64,000 bases of DNA from Camelus dromedarius (lineage: Eukaryota): assembly GCF_036321535.1 (NCBI RefSeq), contig NC_087436.1, positions 117,554,001 to 117,618,000 on the forward strand. The letters are read 5' to 3'. The notes beneath the pieces were generated by a model that was not told the DNA's origin, searched no databases, and saw nothing but the letters and a program-made list of their open reading frames with translations. The translations under genes and the position numbers were made by a program. This document shows positions 21,881-34,222 of the stretch, in pieces; within the stretch, counting starts at the first letter, position 1; every line of letters begins with the position of its first letter.

Positions 21881-23559
21881 GTTAATGACATAACTGAAAA
21901 GAGAAACCAATTTAAAAATAAAACACAAACTTGTTCTGTTTGACATTAAATATATAAATGTGATTACTAAATTTATTATTTATTTCTTCACATTTTACAT
22001 CAAATGTTAGTTTTGGGATTTAGCACTTGGCAACCTGACACCTTAGCCAATATTTAAACTAGTGTGACATGAACAAGACATCCATTTGCCAGATTTTCAT
22101 ATTTTTTCCAGTTACTAAATGACAAATGGCTGACCATTTCTTAGCATGTTTTCTCATCTGTAAAATGGGACTGTAAGAGTATCTTTCTACTGGTTTATAC
22201 GTACATCTTTCCATAGTCTATAGCGCGTAGTAAGAGTTGAAAAAATTAGCTGTTACTACCACTATTACCACTGTGGTTATTATCACCGGGTAATAAGAAT
22301 GGTAGAGTGGTTAGACAGGTTGTCTTGTGACATCCTAAAAAAATACACATTTTTTTATTTGACAAGACACAGGCCAACAGAGGAACAGAAGGAAAACAGC
22401 TGACACAATCCATCAATAATTCAGAAAAATTCAGAGAGGGGAGAGCACTGCTATAATCAGCACAAGGGACTCAGCAGGGTCTTCTAATTATGGGCCCAAC
22501 TAGTGCTGGTCTTCTCGGTTGGTGCTATGGATGGGGACAGATTTAAGGAGTCTTAGGAGGCCAGCTGGGGAGATCACAAGCTGCCTGAGTGGTGGGCAGC
22601 CTTCTCCTTGGCCATGTTCCTCGGCAGGACTGACCTGACGCCCTCCTAGACCGTCTTGGCTGACAGGCTACCTCTGTGATTCCACAAATGCCATGGCAGG
22701 TCCTTAAACCTTTGGCTGGCTGACTGCCTGAGAAAACTGCGTCTAGAAATCAGATCTGGAGACAAAAGTGGGCTTGGACTCCAGTCTGCAGCTCATCTGC
22801 AGAGTGGCCTCTAGCCTGCCACTTACCTGCAGTGTGACAGGTTTTTGTATCTTCTTTCTCTGAGTCTTCTTCATCTGCAAGATGAATTAAAGAGCCCTTT
22901 TCTTAAAAGGTTCTTGCAGACACTGAATGAGATCATCCAAGACAAGGAATCTGGCACAGAGGCGGGCACACAGCAGGTGCTCCCGGCTCACCTCCTGTGC
23001 CCTGGGCCTCAGTTTCCTTATCTGTAAAGTAGCTTTCAGTACCTTTTGTTCCAGCCAATAAAACAGGCTTCGTTCTGCCTTTCTCCCTTTCACTTCTGTG
23101 ATAATGAGAAACCTGGCTTCCAGTAACCTTTCAATACTATCAAAGTTGTTGCAAAGACTAAATAATACAGTAGACAAAAAAGAAAAGTCCTATGTGAAAG
23201 GTTTAAGTACTTTACAAATTCTTAGTGCTACTAATTCAGAGCACAGAAATAACCGGGGCTTCTCGAGGCCGGTGTCACTTAGGCAAACTCTTGAAAGAGG
23301 GGTAAAGTTTTGCCAGGCACAGAAAAGCAGAAAGGATATTCTGGGCATAAAGAACCTAGTGTGGAATTTCTGGGTCACAGGACAGTTATTTACCCTTGGA
23401 GAATTATTTGGCTGTTTCTAATAAAGAATTATTTTATGTTCCCACCAGCCATAAATGAGATTTCCAGTTGCTACACATCCTCCCTAACACTGGTCATTTT
23501 TATTCTGGCCACTCTAACACCTGTGAGATGCTAGTACCTTGTGGGGTTTTGTTTATTTT

Positions 23560-24950
23560 CTGTGAAACAATCACAGGCAGAAAAGTCTAAAGTGCATAGT
23601 ACAAAGAAGCCCTTTTTCCTGAACCTGAGTTGGAGAGTAGGTTGCCAACCTGGTGCCCCTTCACCTCTGAGTATTTCAGTATTTCCTAAAAATAAGAGCC
23701 TTCACTGATACAACTAGAATGCAACCATCAAAATCAGGAAATTCAGGAGGGAGGGCATAGCTCAGTGGTAGAGTGTGTGCTTAGCAGGCATGAGATTCTG
23801 GGCTCAATCCCCAGTACCTCCATTAAAAAGTAAATAAATAAACTAATTACCACCCCCCCAAACCAAACAAACAAACAAACAAAAATCAGGAAATTCACAC
23901 TGGTACATTTCTCCCATCCTTTCCCTAGACCCTATTCTAATTTGACCAGTCATCACAGTAACATCCGTTATAACAAAACAAAAATCAGTTCCGAGTCACA
24001 CACTGCATCTAATTGTCATTTCTCTTCAGTCTCCTTTGGATTGAACAGATCTTGGTCCTTCCTTGAGTTTCATGATCTTAATACACAATAACATGCCAGT
24101 TACTCTATAAGACATCCCTCAATTTGAGTTCGTCTGCCCTCTCCTCGTGGTTGGATTCAGCTTATGCATCGCTGGTGTGAAAATGATGACATGATAGAAG
24201 GGAAATGCTATTCCCATTCTTCTCACTGCATCCTACCAGGCTGCACACGACTTCACTTTGATCCCCTGATTGCAGTGGTGGCTGTAACCACAGTTCCTCT
24301 TTCCCTCTCTGCAGATAACAAGTCCTGGGGAAGGGAATGCTTTGATACTATGCAATTATCAACTTTAGACTCCTGATTTGTTCATTTCTTTATTCCTATC
24401 CAGATGGACTCATGATGTCTTATTTTATTCAGTGGGTTATAATCTGCTATCACTTATTTTGATGCTCAAATTGTCTCTTACTTGGTCAGTGGAAGCCCCT
24501 TCAAACTGGCTTATGTCCTTTTCACATGTCCCCACCACTCCCTGAACCCTTCCTTGCTTTCTGGTACAACAAAATGTTCAGGCTCATTTTATACTTTTCC
24601 TGACCCAGCCCCAAACTCAGCCACTTCTCCAAGGAACCGCAGTTCCTAGAAGCTAAAACTGCTATCTAGAAGCCGAGATCTGAGTGCTAGGTGCGTTTAC
24701 TGCTATTGGGATGTCACTGCATCCAGGACATCTCAGTGGACAGAGCCAGAACATATATATGGGTGTCTGCACACCTAGTCATGCACACACATTTACAACC
24801 ATATTTCTTTTCTGTATCTATGTAGATTAAAAACCGTGAGTTCACATCAGTACCTTTCATTCCAATCCAATTTCCCTCTCACTCCCCTAACAGTGTGAAA
24901 CCTGGCTTCCGCTACCCTTACATGCTTAGTTATCTGATCAATGCCCCTGT
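23560..24950 (-). mobile_element. Old L1 (L1MC/MD-like) 3' region, interrupted by a SINE
   Basis: Motifs such as tcaggctcattttatacttttcctgacccagcc and cacttctccaaggaacc; subfamily uncertain. Confidence 0.6.
23746..23881 (+). mobile_element. Vic-1-type tRNA-derived SINE (camelid)
   Basis: Box A tagctcagtgg; degenerate box B gggctcaatccc; AT-rich, C-run and (CAAA)n tail; perfect 16-bp TSD aaaatcaggaaattca at 23730-23745 and 23882-23897. Confidence 0.85.
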
Positions 24951-25939
24951 ATATAACCAGCCTGCCATCTCCACTGCCACTCCTCCCCCTGCACGGACAT
25001 GCCCCTGTCCGTGCTCAGGCTCTCTCTGGCCATGCTGAGCCACCCCTCAGCTGGCTTAGACTCCGACCTGCCCTGGGAGACGACAGCTCCCCCTTGCTGC
25101 AGACACCCACCTTACTGTGCCCCAACCGTGGCTGCAGGACTCAATTTTTCAGGAAGGAGAATGGCTTAACTGACTTTTAAATAAAGGGTTCCATTAATGT
25201 CTATCTCCTTTGTGTCCAGAGCATGCCAACGTGCCAGTTTTCCATTTAAAATGAATAAAAGACTGCAATGCGGCAGACTTAGACAAAGTTAAGTGCTTTT
25301 TTTTTTAAGTGATGAAAACACATCTAATTATACATAGGATGTCTACTAAAATCCTCAGGGAAATTAAAAATTAACTAGTTGAAGGGAATTTGAAAAAAGC
25401 AATTTTTAAAAAGTCATCAGAAAGATCAGTTTATGCTCCATGATTTACTTAAATTAATTTCTCCAACTGAAGGCTGAGCATTTCATAACTTCAATCACAA
25501 CAAGTTCCAGCTGGCCAACATCTGTTTCTGGGTCCCTTATTTGAAAAACTGGGATTTTATTTAAAATTTAAGAACAGAAAGAGATAGAAAGGAGGGAGAG
25601 AAACAGATTTTTCTCATTTTGAAGCAACAAAATATGTGGAAATTCTTTGCAAACCTAAAATGAAGCCCTTAAATGTTAGAGAAAAGTGGTCCGTACCCGA
25701 GTCGAGCAGCGCTCCTACACTTCCTTTCCGCCCCCAACAGAGGCTCCAGGCAGAAAGAAGATACTTTTGAGACCTAATACTGCAGTACTGTCATGTCAAA
25801 GACGGGTTTGCAGACTAAGGTGCACACTCTGGCCCTGGCCCGCGTGCTCCCACGGGGAAGCACCTCACTGCCTTCAGCCACCGTCACGACATTTACAGAG
25901 ATTTACTGGGCATCTAGTCCACGCTGGGTGATTTTCAGG

Positions 25940-26070
25940 CCAGTGCTACGCAGAGTATGGTCCACAGACCAGTATGAGACTGTGAACTGTTTGTTACTGG
26001 TCTCCTATGAATAAATGTGAAGAATAAGCATTAAGAAACATTTATAGCAATTCAATGTTGCCATTTAATC
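25940..26070 (+). mobile_element. hAT-Charlie-type DNA transposon fragment
   Basis: cagtgctacgcagagtatggtccacagacc resembles a Charlie/MER5 terminal sequence. Confidence 0.5.
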
Positions 26071-26254
26071 ATAGGGCTCCTCTCTCTGAACAGGGTACAG
26101 ACCAGTTCAGCTGTAAGCTAACACCGCTGGGTCACCTGCAGCGTAAGCCGTGAGCCCGATCTGTGCGGTGGAACCGGACACATCAGTCCGTGATGGACTG
26201 CAAAGAACATACAACAAAAAAGTGGTCCTTCAACTTAGAGAGCCTGGTCTAAGC

Positions 26255-26467
26255 CATGGGTCAGCAGGCTTTTTCTGTAAAGGGTCAGATGATAAACATT
26301 GTAGCCTTTGTGAAAGAACATACTTGGTCTCTAACTCATGTATTTCTTCTTTTGCTTCTTGTTTTACAAACATTTAAAAATATGAAAACCATGCTCACCT
26401 TGAGGGCCGTACAAAAACTGGCAAAGGGCTAGCTCTGGCCCACAGGCCATAGTTCACTGACCCCCTA
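26255..26467 (+). mobile_element. MER58-type (hAT-Charlie) MITE
   Basis: Termini catgggtcagca / tgacccccta; internal ttttctgtaaagggtcagat; degenerate 8-bp TSD gtctaagc / ttctaggt. Confidence 0.75.
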
Positions 26468-26493
26468 TTCTAGGTGGTGCACAAGACAAAATC

Positions 26494-26823
26494 TCAGGTG
26501 GGGGAAATACGGAGGGGCTGGTAAAACGGTACAAACTTTCCACTATAGGATGAACAAGGTCTGAGGGTCTAATGGACAATAAGGTGACTGTAGCTCACAA
26601 CACCATTTTGTATAACTGAAATTTTCTAAGAGAGCAGAGCTTAAATGTTCCCAACCACTGCCCCTAAAAAGATAAATACATGAGGTGATGCATATGTTAA
26701 TGAGCTAGGTGGGCAGGAATCCTCTCTGAATGTACAGTGTATCAAATCACCACAATGTACTCTTTAAACATTTTACAATTTTATATGTCAGTTTTACCTC
26801 AATAAAGCTAAAACTTTAGAAAA
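26494..26823 (+). mobile_element. 5'-truncated L1 3' end (L1MA9/L1_Art-like)
   Basis: Ends ...tacctcaataaagct plus A-rich tail; 11-bp TSD aagacaaaatc at 26483-26493 and 26824-26834. Confidence 0.8.
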
Positions 26824-28249
26824 AAGACAAAATCATTGCTCTGGACCTAATATCATATCACATCACTTCTTGTTTTCTTCATCTTTATCATCATTATCCT
26901 CCCCAACACTGGCAAAATTTACTGAGCTGTTACTCTATGTAGGATACTGGGTTAGGGGCTGTGAACATAAAGAGATAAAAGACAAAATTCTGCCTTCACC
27001 AGGCTTCCAATCTAGTTGGGATGAGAGGATCGCATCATAAATAATAATCTGAGTACATTCTTTAAGTACCAAGTAAGAATGGTGAGAGTATGTGCTGTAA
27101 GAAAACCAATGCTCTTTTTAAAGGAGGAGGAAAAACGGAATGTAGCAAAATTTGTATCTTTTGTACCCAACATCAGGGAGTAAATAATAAATAACTCAAG
27201 GTGATACACCTGGCCACGGGATTAGGCACTATTTTGCCAGGTATTTCAAGAGTGAAGGGCTCCGCAGTGGGCAGGGCTCTCTTAGAAAGATGTCATCAGG
27301 GCACAGGGTCAGTGAAGACTCCGAGCACTCTGTACATTAAGTGTTTCTCAGACTTGTTTGATCGTGGAAGCTGTCTGCAGAGTAACACATTTTATTTAGG
27401 TCACCAGGATTTCCTCAGAATATCTTAGGAAATTCTCATTTACATCATCCTTTAGAAGTAACAGTACGATGTGATCATATTCTGGTAATTAACTTCAAGC
27501 CACAATGATAAATTCCGACAAGCGCTGCAGAGTTGTCCAGTCTCCCTACCTGCCCTTTCACAGCCGCCACAATGTTACAAGAAACCACCGTCTTTCAGAC
27601 AATGCGTTCTGTCCTTCTCAGATCTCCCCTGAGGCAGAAAAAAATAGCCGAAGTTTCCACTCTAAGAACATCACTGTACTAGTGAGAGTGATGTGTTCAA
27701 ATGGCATTCCAGAACCCAGCAAACTTTAAAGTAAGGTTTGGGATCAGATGAGCCACCGCTGGATGAGAAGGAAACAGCAGTCTGAAGAGAAAGGGCTACT
27801 ATGTTACGACTGGATCTGTTCCTGGACTTCTGTATAGTTTATAACCCTCCACAAAGAAAATGTTCTGAACTAGTGGAAAAGAGTATCAGAGGTTAGGTTT
27901 AATTTCCAGATTGCCGCTTCAAACCTCTCCCCGGGAAAAAGAAAGCCAATGCTGTACAACTTGATTACTTTCTGGAAAGAAGAACTGTTTCTGATGATTT
28001 TTAATTGATTTTTAATTTGATGAGTATATGCCTAGGAGGGCATCTGTTGGCTGCTTCAACGTCAATCTTAAACAAAATAGTAGTGCTTCAGGGCGATCAG
28101 GAGGATAATGGGTACGTGTCAAACCCTTTCAGGACGACAAGGTCACTTGTGCCAGTACTGCAGTTGTGTCTACACTGCCTGTCCACAACCTTTCCAACAT
28201 ATAAGCTCTCACATGTAGATCTGAGGAGCCAGGAATGAGTGACTGTGCC

Positions 28250-28380
28250 CCATTCCTTCCTTTATTCAAGAACCATTAACTAAGCACCTACTTTGTGCCA
28301 GGCTCTGATCAAGGCACTGGGACCACAGAGACAAAAGACACAACGGTCCTTGCCTTCAAAGCACTCTCAGTCTCACAGCA
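28250..28380 (-). mobile_element. L2 3' end fragment
   Basis: cattccttcctttattcaa...taagcacctactttgtgccaggc matches the reverse of an L2 tail. Confidence 0.65.
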
Positions 28381-30009
28381 GGAGAAAGAACAGAGATGAG
28401 ACCCCAGTAGAAGTTTCCACCATCTCGCACGTCCAGCTTAATGTACCTAACAGCAGGTCCCACTGTTGACTCAGATAGTTCAATGCCCAGGGGATGGGTG
28501 AGAAGAGTCACATTTAACAATGGTACTGTCCTTCTAAGAACATAGTCACGGAGGGACAAACCCAGAAAGATCAGCTGAGACCACTGCTGTCTTAGTGGGC
28601 AGAACATTTTCACCCAGTTTGGAATAAGAGCCCTTTGGTGTGAGAGCTTAGCGTGGTATCACCATTCTGTGAAAACAGTCATCATCATAGAACACCTTTT
28701 CTCTTATACTGTGGAAGAGTTAAAATAAAAACAATCAGACTGCCCTTTTACTGACAAGTGTGTTTTTTCCCACCAAGAACAAAACAAATATGATAGCAGC
28801 AACAATGTCACAGAACACGGGAACTTGAGTTTCTCAAATTTCTTTTCTAAGAGTGATTTTAAACAAAAACCATCATCAATCAAAACAAAATAATACAAAA
28901 ACAAAGGACCCACCAATCCAGCTTGGCAATGAAAAGCCCTACTCGCAGCCAAGCTGTCTTCAGGAGACTTGTCACTGGCACATTCATTCCACAGTCCTCA
29001 GCGGACCGGGACAGGCAGCGTGCTGCATAGCGGGCGGAGGGGGGCATTAGCAGATCTGCAGGAGCGGGAGTGTCACACCTGACCAGGACAATGTGCAGAG
29101 AGCCTACACAGGAAGGAGCCACTACCACGGCCCATGGGAACTGGGGAAGTCCTTAAAGAGCAGGCCACATCTTCACCGGGGCTGGAAGGGTAAACAGGAA
29201 TTTGCTTGCGACATGAATGCGGGAGAGGAACAGAGAATATAACTATATTCGTGAAGGGCATTCTAGGCAGGGAAATCAGCAAGGATTAAGGCTCAGGAAC
29301 GTCAAAGAACAAGGCCTCTTCAGAACACAAAGTAGGCAGGTATGACCAGAGCATATACCCACGGGGGCCGACCGGGAAACAAAGTGTCACGGGCCTGGAA
29401 TGCCATGCCATGAAGTCTGGCCTTTGTAAGGCAGAGATAAAACTATACATGTTTTAGACAGACGCCTTCTGGGGCAAGGTGAGGAAGGAACCAGAAGGGA
29501 GGCTAGACCACGTCGCAAAGGGTCACAGTTATTTCCCTCAAGGTCCTTTGCTCAAAGTAATTGGCACAAGGCAGCTGTCTGACAGGAGACTGGCTAAACT
29601 TCACTGCCTAAATGGGAACAATTCCCATCTGACTGATCTTAATTTGTAAAAACCTCTGCTGAGAACTGAGCACTGAGGAGGCAGCAGCAAAAGCCCCTTC
29701 TTACTTTACTCAAGGTGCCTGCTAGGTCTCCAGCGTTAGGGTCCGCCTGGGATAAGGAAGCAGAAGGTGGCATCTCTCCCTCGGGGGAACGTGAGACCCA
29801 GTGACCACATACCATCGTGACGGTGACTCATGTGGCAGCAGAGCCCTACCTTCTCCTCCAGGACTCGCTTTGAGCAAACATCCCGCCCGCACTCCCTCCT
29901 GAGTCTGGGCTGCTTTCTGTCTCTCTCATCACTTAACTGGATTATTTTCTTTCGACAGCCAACACAAAGGCCATTGTCTGAGAAATCTGCCCTGCTTAAC
30001 CTGACGTTC

Positions 30010-30150
30010 AAATCTTAGTTCAGCTGTGTGACACTGGGCAAGTAACCCCAATTCCCTGAGCCTCAGTTTCCTCTATAAATTGGGATACTAATATTTATTA
30101 AGAATGGCTGTGAGGATTAAATGAAATAACATGATAAATGCTTAATGGCA
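30010..30150 (+). mobile_element. MIR SINE
   Basis: agctgtgtgacactgggcaagtaa...cctcagtttcctc...gtgaggattaaatga. Confidence 0.8.
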
Positions 30151-30169
30151 GATAATAGTACAAGTTAAC

Positions 30170-30390
30170 ATATATTAACCGCTCACTGTAAGCGTTTTAT
30201 CTCTATCAACTCATTGTGTCCTCATAACAACCCAATAAAGTAGGTATTATACATTTTTTCTATTTTACAAGTGAGGACACTAAGGCACAGAGAAGTTAAA
30301 TGATTGTCCAAGAGTCACAGCTTGCAAGTGGCAGGGCCAGGATTTGAACACAGGCCGTACGGCTGCAAGCTGGAGCCCTTAGGTCCTATG
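30170..30390 (-). mobile_element. MIR SINE (inverted relative to its neighbour)
   Basis: cctcataacaaccc...tattttacaagtgaggacactaaggcacagagaagttaa...caggatttgaac. Confidence 0.8.
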
Positions 30391-30670
30391 CTTTGCCATT
30401 TAATAGTGCCAGCCCCTCTCAGAACCTGCTCCTGGTCTCACTAATTATGACATATCCTGATTAAGTCAGCTTATTTTTCGTTTCTGTAGTAGCCCAGCCT
30501 GACTCCAAAGCTCCCTGAGAGCAGAGCCTCCCTGCTTCTCTCTGCCTACCCCATCAGTATCTTGTGTGATCAACAGTACCTATCTGCCAACAGGTAACAT
30601 GCCTCACCTCACTCTCCTCCACATGTGCTTCCATTTGTTGGCATTTACAACTGCAACTCTGTCTCACAAG

Positions 30671-31184
30671 AGTGCAAGAAAAAGTTAACCCCAGAGGCCC
30701 GAGACTGAAACCCTGAGAGGCCTCCTTGCAAGCTGAGCCCCTGGGAGGCGGTGGGGGCTTGGACTTTGGGAGGGCTCCGGCCACCCTGACCGCTAAGAGT
30801 GGCACCCTGTGCGTGAACTGTGTGCAAACAACGTGGTTTTTGCTGGATGCCTGCTTTCCCTCTAGGGGTCTGGAATTTCGGTGCATGCCAGCTGGAAGGT
30901 GCCTATGTGAGCAGGATAAAATCCCCAGGTTGTGAGTCTCTCATGAGCTTTGCTGGTGGATGACATCTCACACGAGTTGCCAGTCACATCCTGTGCAACG
31001 CCCTGGAGAAGGCTCTGGACGCCTGCTCCTGGGCACCCCCATCCTTCATCCCAGTGCCTTTTCCCTTTGCTGTTTGCTTTGCACCCTCTCACTGGAATAA
31101 ACCACAGCCATGAGTGGGACTATATGCGGAATCCTGTGAGTCCCCCAGTGAATCACCTCACCTGAGGCTGGCGACCCCAACACA
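30671..31184 (+). mobile_element. MER68-like (ERVL class) solo LTR
   Basis: Starts (a)gtgcaagaaaaagttaac...aggcccgagactg; AATAAA near 31096; ends gaccccaacaca; related in its 3' half to the LTR at 19515. Family name from recall. Confidence 0.7.
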
Positions 31185-31744
31185 GTAAGAATTGAGAAAA
31201 TTTGTCCTAAAATAGTATGCAATGTTATCTTCTGAAAGAACACTCTAAAATCTCCAGAGCTAGTTCAGAAGTGGTCAAGAGCTGGAGCCTGGTCCCAGCA
31301 CCCCCTCTTCATTGAGGAATCCCACCGCAGGCTGGCTGAGTGGCCATGAGGACACAGCCCCCTGTGCACTGGAAGCTAGCATGCAGCCCTATGGGAGACA
31401 GACAGGGGCCACAGGAAATGCTGCTTCTTGGCTGCATGGCCTTGGCCAAGTCATTTCCCTGCTGCAGCTTCAGTGTCCTCCCCTGTGAAAGGGGGTTATT
31501 AACAGTGCGGGCACTGAACAGGGGTAGGGCTGAAGTGGGGTGTGTACCCGGAGCGCCTGGCACTGGAAGAGAGGTGCACCGCCAGTGACACGAGGCCTTC
31601 CTGCGCTGCAGCTCTTCCCTCAGCAAGACGCCTTCAGAAGCCGCAAGGGGCGGCGTGAAGGCAGAGAGTCCAAGGTAAAGCGGCTAACCCTGTGCCAGCC
31701 TCGAGGGCTAGTAGCACAAGATGGGCAAGAGCATGCATTTTGGA

Positions 31745-31925
31745 CCAACCTCTTGGGCTCAAGTCGAGCTCTGCCACCTCCTGGCTGCGGGGAGTCACCT
31801 AACTTCCCAAGCCTCAGCCTCCCCATCTGTAAAATGGGGGCATGACAGCCCCAGCCTTGTGAGGTAGTTGTGAGTGGGTGAAGAGTCAGGCACGGTGCCC
31901 GGCATGTGGGAAGTGCCCGCTGGGC
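31745..31925 (+). mobile_element. MIR SINE
   Basis: ctctgccacctcctggctg...agtcacctaacttcccaagcctcagcctccccatctgtaaaatgggg. Confidence 0.75.
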
Positions 31926-32044
31926 GCTCATGACAGCATTTCACAAGGAATTTCAAGCACTGCACATCGTGATACACAGAGCTCTGTGACCCTGGGAGCT
32001 ATGAACACTGCTATTATGAATTAAAGAACAGAGACAACACTTAC

Positions 32045-32111
32045 AGCCTTTTCTTGTCCACCACTCGTTTCACTCGGATGGCTCTTTGTTCTGAGTAGAG
32101 TTTACACACTC
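32045..32111 (-). CDS. STX18: Syntaxin-18 exon 5: (R)VCKLYSEQRAIRVKRVVDKKR(L)
   Basis: 67 nt; aacag|GA ... CT|gtaagt. Confidence 0.96.
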
Positions 32112-32273
32112 CTGTTCAGGGGGAAACACCAGGAGAGAGACCATTTAAGACTGCTCCTCAGGCAAAGCTATCATTAAATATAATGAGACAGCAGAGTCTG
32201 CAGCTAGTAAAGCTAAATTCGCATCCCACTACAGTGAAATGCCACATTTGATCTTGAAGATAAAATGAAATAC

Positions 32274-32351
32274 TTTTTAAGTAATCTTCGATGAAATCCA
32301 GAACAGCGCTCCTGTGCTCCTTCACTTGCTGGGAATGTATCTCCTTGTGGG
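32274..32351 (-). CDS. STX18: Syntaxin-18 exon 4: (A)HKEIHSQQVKEHRSAVLDFIEDYLK(R)
   Basis: 78 nt; ttacag|CC ... A|gtattt. Confidence 0.96.
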
Positions 32352-34106
32352 CTGTAACAGAAAAGGACACTGTTCAGGTCTTTGCATTGAACTAGACTGA
32401 AGAACAATCCATCAGCGTTCTTACAACAGTTTTGTCATTAGAAGTATTCTTAAAAATACGGCTATAAAACAAGTCGTGTCACATCACATAACATTTTTTA
32501 AAGAGTAAGATTTATTAGACTTTGCAAGAGTAAAAGATTAAGCCTGCAGAAAAACTCCAGGCAAATAATTTATGGTTTATTACAGCACGAGGATCGTATT
32601 TGATGCGGCCCACTTCCTGAGTGCTGACCCGTCTGTACTAACAGCATCCAATGCTCAAGCTGACCTTCAAGGAACACGTTCAGATCAAACTCAAAGCACA
32701 CACGCCCCCTCTGCCTGCCTGTCTGTCTGTACTATTTTTCAGCTTGGAATGCTCCACCCTCTCCCCTCAGCGACTCACATTCCCTTTAGACACTGAGTCA
32801 GACCTTCCTTCTCCAGGAAACCTGGCCTCTCCAAGCCACGAGGATGCCTTTCTTCTGTGAATTATCACGTCTTCCTAGAGTCTGTGCCAGTTATCTGGTA
32901 GGACAGCTCCCACTCACGAGAGACTGAGAACCTGTCACGTGCAGGCCCTCTGCTCGGACTTTACATAAACTACTGCTAATGATCCAAACGATCCAAAAGG
33001 CAGTTATGAGTATGCCTGATTCACACCGGAAGAAACTAACGTTCAGAACCAGTAAGTAGCCCAAGGTCACGTGGTCTGGTGCTCACTTCCTCGTTTTATT
33101 AACATTCATGCATGTTCTAGGTTATCTCAATGAATGTCCTGCAGGGTCGGAGGCAGGATTTACTTTTACCACAGGGCTTCCCGACCTGAGACGCATGTGA
33201 GGAGTTCATGAAATTACACAAAACTTTGTGTGTATGAGTGTTTCTTCGGCAAGAATGACTATAGTTTGCACCCAACTGTCTGGGTGGCCCATCAGGGCTC
33301 TAATGGAAGCTTCCCAACAAAAGTCTGTGTCAAGCACAGGAGCAGCTGGCCCGGGGACTCCATGCTGTGTTGATGGAGCCTCCACCTGCCCAAGCCAACT
33401 AAAACCGACTCCAGGAAGACACGCACCCTGGGAAGCCACCGCAGTGCCTCAGTGGGAAGTAAACACTGATGGAAGCACGATGGCGATAATAATCCCAATG
33501 CTGGCTGTGGTTCTAAGGATGCTATGAGGACTTAATTCTCCTAACAACCCGAAGACATGTATCATACAATTGTCTCCATTTTATAGATGAAGAAACTGGG
33601 ACCCGGGCGATTAAGCGACTCGCCCGAGGCCAGAAGATGGTGGAGCTGGGGTGGGTACAGGTGCAGCCATGGCTCCTCCCTCTTGACCGTGAGGGTCTGA
33701 GACTGCAGTCTGCTTTACTGCTCTTGGTGGAGGGTCTAAGGCACCCCCTTCCACCCTCATATGCATGCCAACGCCAGCTGCCCAGCTCGATGCCACCCCA
33801 GATGCAGGCATGCACATGCTTCCACATACGATCTATGCTCTCTGACCCTGGCCCTTGGAAAATTTTTGGTTCTGTCTGGAGCCATCCCTTCCACCTCTCT
33901 TCCCATTTACTTAACTTGAATCATGGCTTTTTCATTACTTTTAACAGCTTAGGCAAAACATTAATTAGGAAAAAAAGAATTTTTAAGTTTTAAATATAAC
34001 TCTAAATAAGGACACAGAAGAGAGCTTTAGCTGGCTGGGCCAGCGAGTCTGACATGAGCACGTGACTGGTGGCAGCAGGCTGCCGGCGTCTTTCCAAGCA
34101 CTTCAC

Positions 34107-34222
34107 CTTGTGCTCTGAGCTGCTGGATGGCTTCCGAGCAGGTCCTCATGAACGTCTGAGCATCCTGGTCTATCTGGTCTCGCTCTGTGTCTGTCATCCT
34201 CCCATATTCAGACACGACGTGG
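34107..34222 (-). CDS. STX18: Syntaxin-18 exon 3: (S)[38 protein letters not shown](A)
   Basis: 116 nt; gttag|C ... G|gtgaag. Confidence 0.96.

Noticed and set aside
23746..23820. tRNA-like gene
   Set aside because: Has a TSD, a SINE tail and a second related copy at 47051-47188; it is a SINE, not a tRNA gene.
32112..32273. Possible U12-type (minor) intron because the donor begins GTAT
   Set aside because: Donor is GTATTTCA, not GTATCCTT, and there is no TCCTTAAC branch site at the expected distance.
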